In this document: one piece after another, positions 15,823 to 20,000 of the stretch
How the letters are laid out: every line of letters starts with the position of its first letter
Position numbering within the stretch: position 1 is the stretch's first letter
Notes under the pieces: generated by a model
Told to the model about the DNA's origin: nothing
Seen by the model: the letters and a program-made list of their open reading frames with translations, nothing else
The model's database searches: none
DNA from: Spirochaetales bacterium
GTDB lineage: Bacteria > Spirochaetota > Spirochaetia > Treponematales > UBA12059
Direction: 5' to 3'
DNA length: 20,000 bases
Assembly: GCA_016928955.1 (NCBI GenBank)
Contig: JAFGJV010000034.1
Location: forward strand, 54,380 to 74,379
Translations under genes and position numbers: made by a program

Positions 15823-17439
15823 ATGAAACAGGAATCGTACCGTTTAGACGATCGAGTCGCCACGGCGCTGACGGCACGCGGCGGCGAGGTTCTGACTGAT
15901 CACGTGGGAGCCATATCCGAGCTCCTTGTGGGCGAGGGGCGGAATGTGACCGTGGGCGCCAAGCTGGGCCCGGCATCCCTCACCGTGTTTTCGGCGGCCG
16001 TGGCGGAATGGCTGTCCCGCAACCAGGAGCGTCGTGCCCTGGTGATTCTGGCCGACGAGCGCTCGGTGGCGACGGCGCGGGAGTCGCTCGCGGATTTTTG
16101 CCGGACCCTGGGCCGCTCGCTCGGCATGGCCGGCCGCCAGCCTGACCCCGAGGCCGACTCGGCCGACGTCCTGGTGGCATCAGCCGATACTCTGGCCGCC
16201 CGGCATGACGGCTCAACGCTCAACCTGGCCGATTTTCAACTGGCCGCCTTTCCGGACCTGGATTCGTTCACGCCCCACGACCCGGCGGCCTTGTTCAGGT
16301 CGCTCAAAGCCAGGCTCCGGTCCCAGTGGGAGCGCAGGACCCTGTCGTTCAGCGCGCGTTTTGGGGTAAAGGAACGGAACCTGGTGCTGGACATTACGGA
16401 AGCGCCGGCGGAGCTCCTGGTCGAGGAAGGCAACGAGAGGGCCAAAACCCTGCCCCAGTCCACCTGGTTTGTCCAGGCCGGGGACAAGGTCAGGCTCCTG
16501 GTCGGGCTTATGGCGGCCGACGCGGCCAGACCGGTGGCCGTGTTCTGCAATCTCAAGGACAACGCGGAGGAGGCGGCCAAGCGCCTGCGCGCCAACGGTA
16601 TGTCGGTCGAGTACGTGCTCGGCAACCTGCCGCGCAAGGGCGCCATCCTGGAGGCCGTCAAGTCCGGCGTCCACGACGTGCTGGTTCTGACGGACCAGGG
16701 AGCCGAGGGCATGCCCGGTTCCTGGGCCAAGCGGCTTGTGAACTGGGATTTGCCTCTTGAGGGCGAAGTGTACGGCAAGCGCTTGGGCGTGCTAGACCCG
16801 GGCGCTGACGGCTCGTCCGTGTGGAACTTCGGTTGCGACCGCTACGTGTACGGCATACCGGCCATCGAGCAGTATCTGGGCTACGGACTCAACGCCAGCC
16901 CTGCCGACCCGAGCCTCCTTGCCCCTGAGGACAAGAGCGAGGGCATGAGCTTTGAGCGGCGTCATGACCAGGGTCGGGGCGACCGGCGCGACGATCGCAG
17001 GAGCCCCAGGAACGACTCGGGCAGACCTTCCCAGGAACGGCGGGGCGGCTACGAAAGAAGGACCGACGGCGCGTATGACGGCCGCAACCTGCGGTCCATA
17101 CAGGCGGACATAGCCGCCCTGACCGGCGCGTCAGACAGGCCCCTGTCCAGGGCCCCGGAACGGAAGCCCGACGCCGGCAGGCCGGGAGGCCGGGGCGACC
17201 CTGGCCGCCGGCCGCAGCGGGACCGGCAGCAAGGCAAGGGCCGCCAGGGCGAACGCCCGCGTCAACCCGATACCCGGCGGCCCATCGAGGATCCGTATTC
17301 CGTATCAATGGAAGAGCGCATGCGCATGTACCGTGAGCGCTACGGATCCCGGCTGACATCGTCGCCGCAGAAAAACGGAGAGCGCGGCTCGCCCAAAAAC
17401 CGCAAGGGGCGGACGGAGCCCGACAACGGGGAGAAATGA
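15823..17439 (+). CDS. DEAD-box (RhlB-like) helicase-fold protein with degenerate catalytic motifs and an R/G/D-rich tail
   Basis: SF2 landmarks appear in order: RALVILA, DVLVAS, LSFSAR, VAVFCNLK, DVLVLTD, LVNWDLP and FGCDRYVYGIPAIEQYLG. GKT, DEAD and HRxGRxxR are absent. Confidence 0.78.
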   Translation: MKQESYRLDDRVATALTARGGEVLTDHVGAISELLVGEGRNVTVGAKLGPASLTVFSAAVAEWLSRNQERRALVILADERSVATARESLADFCRTLGRSLGMAGRQPDPEADSADVLVASADTLAARHDGSTLNLADFQLAAFPDLDSFTPHDPAALFRSLKARLRSQWERRTLSFSARFGVKERNLVLDITEAPAELLVEEGNERAKTLPQSTWFVQAGDKVRLLVGLMAADAARPVAVFCNLKDNAEEAAKRLRANGMSVEYVLGNLPRKGAILEAVKSGVHDVLVLTDQGAEGMPGSWAKRLVNWDLPLEGEVYGKRLGVLDPGADGSSVWNFGCDRYVYGIPAIEQYLGYGLNASPADPSLLAPEDKSEGMSFERRHDQGRGDRRDDRRSPRNDSGRPSQERRGGYERRTDGAYDGRNLRSIQADIAALTGASDRPLSRAPERKPDAGRPGGRGDPGRRPQRDRQQGKGRQGERPRQPDTRRPIEDPYSVSMEERMRMYRERYGSRLTSSPQKNGERGSPKNRKGRTEPDNGEK

Positions 17440-17608
17440 GCGCGGACGCGGGCAAGCGATCCCGCCAAACGTGACAATTTTTAAACAATGCAGAATCTTC
17501 CTTCCGTGATACACTGCGCTCGGATAGGTCCGGGGCATGGGCCCTGGGCCTGGTAGGCCGCCACCGAGCCGGCCAAGCGGTCATCATTTCTGACTCCGAG
17601 GAGTGGTC

Positions 17609-18493
17609 ATGAGCTTGTCGTCGGTACTGCAAACGGGATTGTTCCCCCATGTCATACGCTGGGCGCCGGCCTTTGCCGGCAGGGCCCTGTTCAGGCTGAC
17701 CAGCGGAATGTATTACCTCTTTGTCAACGTCAAGGAGCGCCGGCTTATACGCCGCAACGTCAAGGATATGCTGAGGCCCACCTGGCGGCGCAATGCCGAA
17801 TCGGTGACTCAGGATGTGTTTGCCGGCATATCCGACCATTATTTCGAAAAGCTGATGCTGGCGGCAAAACCGCTGTCATACCTCAAGCGCTTCTTCGACC
17901 GGCGCGTGGTGCTTGTGCGGGAGAGGATACTCAAGCAGGCCGTGGAGCGCGGCAAGGGGACCCTGATCGTGACGGCGCATTGGGGGGCGGAGGAGCTCAT
18001 ACCGGCCATCCTGTATCTCCGCGGGTATCCGGTAACCGTCATTCTGGAAACGTCCACGCCCGAGCTCAGGAGGCGCCTGGAGCGGCAAACCGCCGGGCAT
18101 GACGTGGAACTGCTGTTCGCCTCCGACGAGGGGACCATCCTGGAGCGCATACTGGACACCCTGAAGCGCGGCCGCATACTCATCACACAGTGCGACGAGG
18201 TGGACGCCTGGCGAAGGCGCAAGTCGCGTACCATAGAATTGTTCGGGCACACCCTGTACTTTGACCACACGTTGGACTTCATCGCCCGCATGTCGGGCGC
18301 CACGGTGCTTGCCCTCTACAACAGGCGCCTGCCCACGCTCCGGTACAGGCTGGTATGCGAGGAAGTGGCCGTGGACGGGGCGCTTGCCCAGGATGTGTCC
18401 AAGCGCTCGCTCAATCTCTGGGAACGCTACACGCTGGAGTCGCCCGAGCAGTGGCACCAGTGGAAAAAGTGGGCGCTCATGAAGGCCATGTAG
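17609..18493 (+). CDS. Lysophospholipid/lipid A (LpxL/HtrB-like) acyltransferase family
   Basis: RBS GAGGAG. GKGTLIVTAHWGAEE (HxxxxE), LKRGRILITQCDE, IELFGH and PEQWHQW. Confidence 0.85.
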   Translation: MSLSSVLQTGLFPHVIRWAPAFAGRALFRLTSGMYYLFVNVKERRLIRRNVKDMLRPTWRRNAESVTQDVFAGISDHYFEKLMLAAKPLSYLKRFFDRRVVLVRERILKQAVERGKGTLIVTAHWGAEELIPAILYLRGYPVTVILETSTPELRRRLERQTAGHDVELLFASDEGTILERILDTLKRGRILITQCDEVDAWRRRKSRTIELFGHTLYFDHTLDFIARMSGATVLALYNRRLPTLRYRLVCEEVAVDGALAQDVSKRSLNLWERYTLESPEQWHQWKKWALMKAM

Positions 18494-18499
18494 GACGCC

Positions 18500-18527
18500 C
18501 GCCCGCGCGGGACAGCCCGGACGGGCG
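18500..18527. terminator. GC stem-loop between convergent genes (possible terminator)
   Basis: CGCCCG..CGGG-ACAG-CCCG..CGGGCG in the 42-bp gap. No strong U-tract. Confidence 0.4.
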
Positions 18528-18535
18528 GCGGCTTG

Positions 18536-19042
18536 TCAGGAGAGCGTGCCCGCCAGGCTGTCCGCCCATGTTTCCACGGGCCGGGCGTCCCAGCTGTTGA
18601 ACATCTCCTTGCCAAAGAAGGCCATCCTGCCGCCAAAGGCCGATTGGGCAACTGGCTTCAGCCCGAGGGCCGCGCATACTGGTTGTGCAAACAGCCGTAC
18701 CGCCTCGGCCTGCCGTTCCTCTATGGTCCCTTCGGGCGGTGCGTCCGGAGCGGAGCCGGGTTTTTTCCCCGTCATGACCCCGCCCGCGCTCACAAATACG
18801 GCCACCGGCTTGCCGGCTCCGGCCAGACGTCCCAACAGGCGTTTTGCGGGACCCTTCCACTGGCCGGCGGCTATGGACGACCCCACAACAAAAGAGCTGT
18901 GGCCGTCTATCTGCGCCTGGTTGACCTTCCGGGCGTCGGCCGTGTCCACGGTTTTGCCCGCCAGTCGGAGACGCTCGGCTATCAGCTCAGCGGTTTTTTT
19001 GGTGTACCCAAAACGGGTGGAATACGCTACAAGAACACTCAT
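18536..19042 (-). CDS. Flavodoxin-domain protein (HemG/Flavodoxin_5-like)
   Basis: RBS GGAGG. MSVLVAYSTRFGYTKKTAELIAERL (FMN-phosphate loop), VVGSSIAAGQW, PVAVFVS, AFGG and WDARPVETWA. Confidence 0.82.
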   Translation of the reverse strand: MSVLVAYSTRFGYTKKTAELIAERLRLAGKTVDTADARKVNQAQIDGHSSFVVGSSIAAGQWKGPAKRLLGRLAGAGKPVAVFVSAGGVMTGKKPGSAPDAPPEGTIEERQAEAVRLFAQPVCAALGLKPVAQSAFGGRMAFFGKEMFNSWDARPVETWADSLAGTLS

Positions 19043-19080
19043 CGGAACCTCCGGTGGCAATGGTACTACGTGCGGGGGGC

Positions 19081-19115
19081 AAAAAAAAGCCGTCCGGATG
19101 TTTTCCGGACGGCTT
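19081..19115 (-). terminator. Intrinsic terminator after the exported-protein gene
   Basis: GCCGTCCGGA-N5-TCCGGACGGC perfect stem, with A8 at 19081-19088 (U8 on the minus strand). Confidence 0.85.
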
Positions 19116-19159
19116 GCGCCAAAACCGAACCTATGTGGCCAGTTTTTGGCCTGGACCTG

Positions 19160-19579
19160 TTACCAGCGGCCGCGGCCTCCGCGCTGACCCCTGCCGCCCA
19201 TCATGCCGCCGGCCATGCCGTTGGACGCGTAGGCGCTCAGGTCGTAATCCTTGCCGCCGACGTTCAGCTTGGTCGTCTGGAAGAAGAAGGTGTCGGCCGC
19301 AAGCGGGACGGCCATGGCATAGCCTTCCAGTTTGACGGCGGCGCCTTCCTTGAGGGCATCAAGGTAGCCGTACATCATGCCGGGTATGCGGACCATGTAG
19401 GTTTTGCCGCCCGATACCACGGCTGGATGGCCCTGGACCAGGGTAAGCTTGCCCTCGATCTTGGTGAGCTCCTGCACCGGCTGGCTAGCGGCTGGCGCGT
19501 TCCACATGCCAAAACCTTGGGCGGAAACGGCTGCTACGCTGGCAAGGCCGACGATCAGGACAATGGCTATACGCTTCAT
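19160..19579 (-). CDS. Small exported hypothetical protein with a Gly/Met/Arg-rich tail
   Basis: RBS AGGAG, signal peptide MKRIAIVLIVGLASVAAVSA, beta-rich core and C-terminus GMAGGMMGGRGQRGGRGRW. Confidence 0.8.
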   Translation of the reverse strand: MKRIAIVLIVGLASVAAVSAQGFGMWNAPAASQPVQELTKIEGKLTLVQGHPAVVSGGKTYMVRIPGMMYGYLDALKEGAAVKLEGYAMAVPLAADTFFFQTTKLNVGGKDYDLSAYASNGMAGGMMGGRGQRGGRGRW

Positions 19580-19650
19580 ATCGAACTCCTCTGGTTCGTA
19601 GTGTCACGGGCCTAGGGTCCGTGTCCGATTCGCTCGGCATAGATATATAA

Positions 19651-19666
19651 AGCAATAAGCGTGCCA
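19651..19666 (-). promoter_or_regulatory. sigma54 (RpoN) -24/-12 promoter
   Basis: Minus strand reads TGGCACG-CTTA-TTGCT, an exact match to TGGCACG-N4-TTGCW, about 70 bp upstream of ATG 19579. An AT-rich tract lies upstream. Confidence 0.8.
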
Positions 19667-20000
19667 AACCGAATAATTTTCAGCCTTAAAAAATGAGCCC
19701 CCTTTAATTCTAATTGAGATAATGAAATAATGGCTGGAACCGTATACGGCGAACGTATGAGGCACCCACACTTTTCATCCAACTTACAAAGGATGCCGGG
19801 AAAAACCTGCCAGGTTTGTGAAAAAATTGCTCGATTGGCGGATGCTAGCCTGTATGCACCGTGCGGATGCGGACACAAAATGAAGGCTACTGGCAAAGCA
19901 AGCATAGTGCCGCGAACCTTGTTGAAAATCGCTCAGAAGCAAGCGCGGCGCGTCCGCTTGGCGTAGCAGGGGCATCTCCGCTACTCCAAAGGAGGTGCCC

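Noticed and set aside
16960..17300. Repeat-like or CRISPR-like sequence in the helicase tail
   Set aside because: Low-complexity Arg/Gly/Asp coding sequence with no fixed-length repeats or spacers.
18533..19615. 360-aa plus-strand ORF
   Set aside because: It spans two minus-strand genes that have RBSs, motifs and a terminator, and has no recognisable domain.
19612..19975. Short ORFs in the terminal intergenic region
   Set aside because: No RBS and atypical composition. The region is better explained as regulatory DNA.

Overview
GC-rich bacterial chromosomal window, probably from a spirochaete (inferred from the STAS-Zn-ribbon protein, Asp-type MurA and the helicase-like C-terminus). It holds mostly housekeeping genes; no rRNA, tRNA, CRISPR array or transposase is evident. 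Gene order: partial secreted protein (-), trmJ-type methyltransferase (-), SDR (+), a four-gene cluster of STAS-Zn-ribbon / YbjN-CesT-like / PspA / atypical response regulator (+), an AT-rich DnaA-box cluster (oriC-like), a coupled trio of membrane protein / LptF-G-like TPR protein / membrane J-domain protein (+), murA (-), fhs (+), mntP, polyprenyl synthase and an NDH-2-DoxX fusion (-), YgjV-like protein (+), a degenerate DEAD-box helicase (+), an LpxL-like acyltransferase (+), a flavodoxin-like protein and a sigma54-driven exported protein (-). The most interesting signals are the DnaA-box/AT-rich locus with no adjacent dnaA, the non-canonical PspA module, repeated flavinylation-like motifs in the NDH-2 fusion, the structured and repeat-containing fhs leader, and the pseudo-helicase. 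All family calls come from motif recognition by eye; no searches were run.
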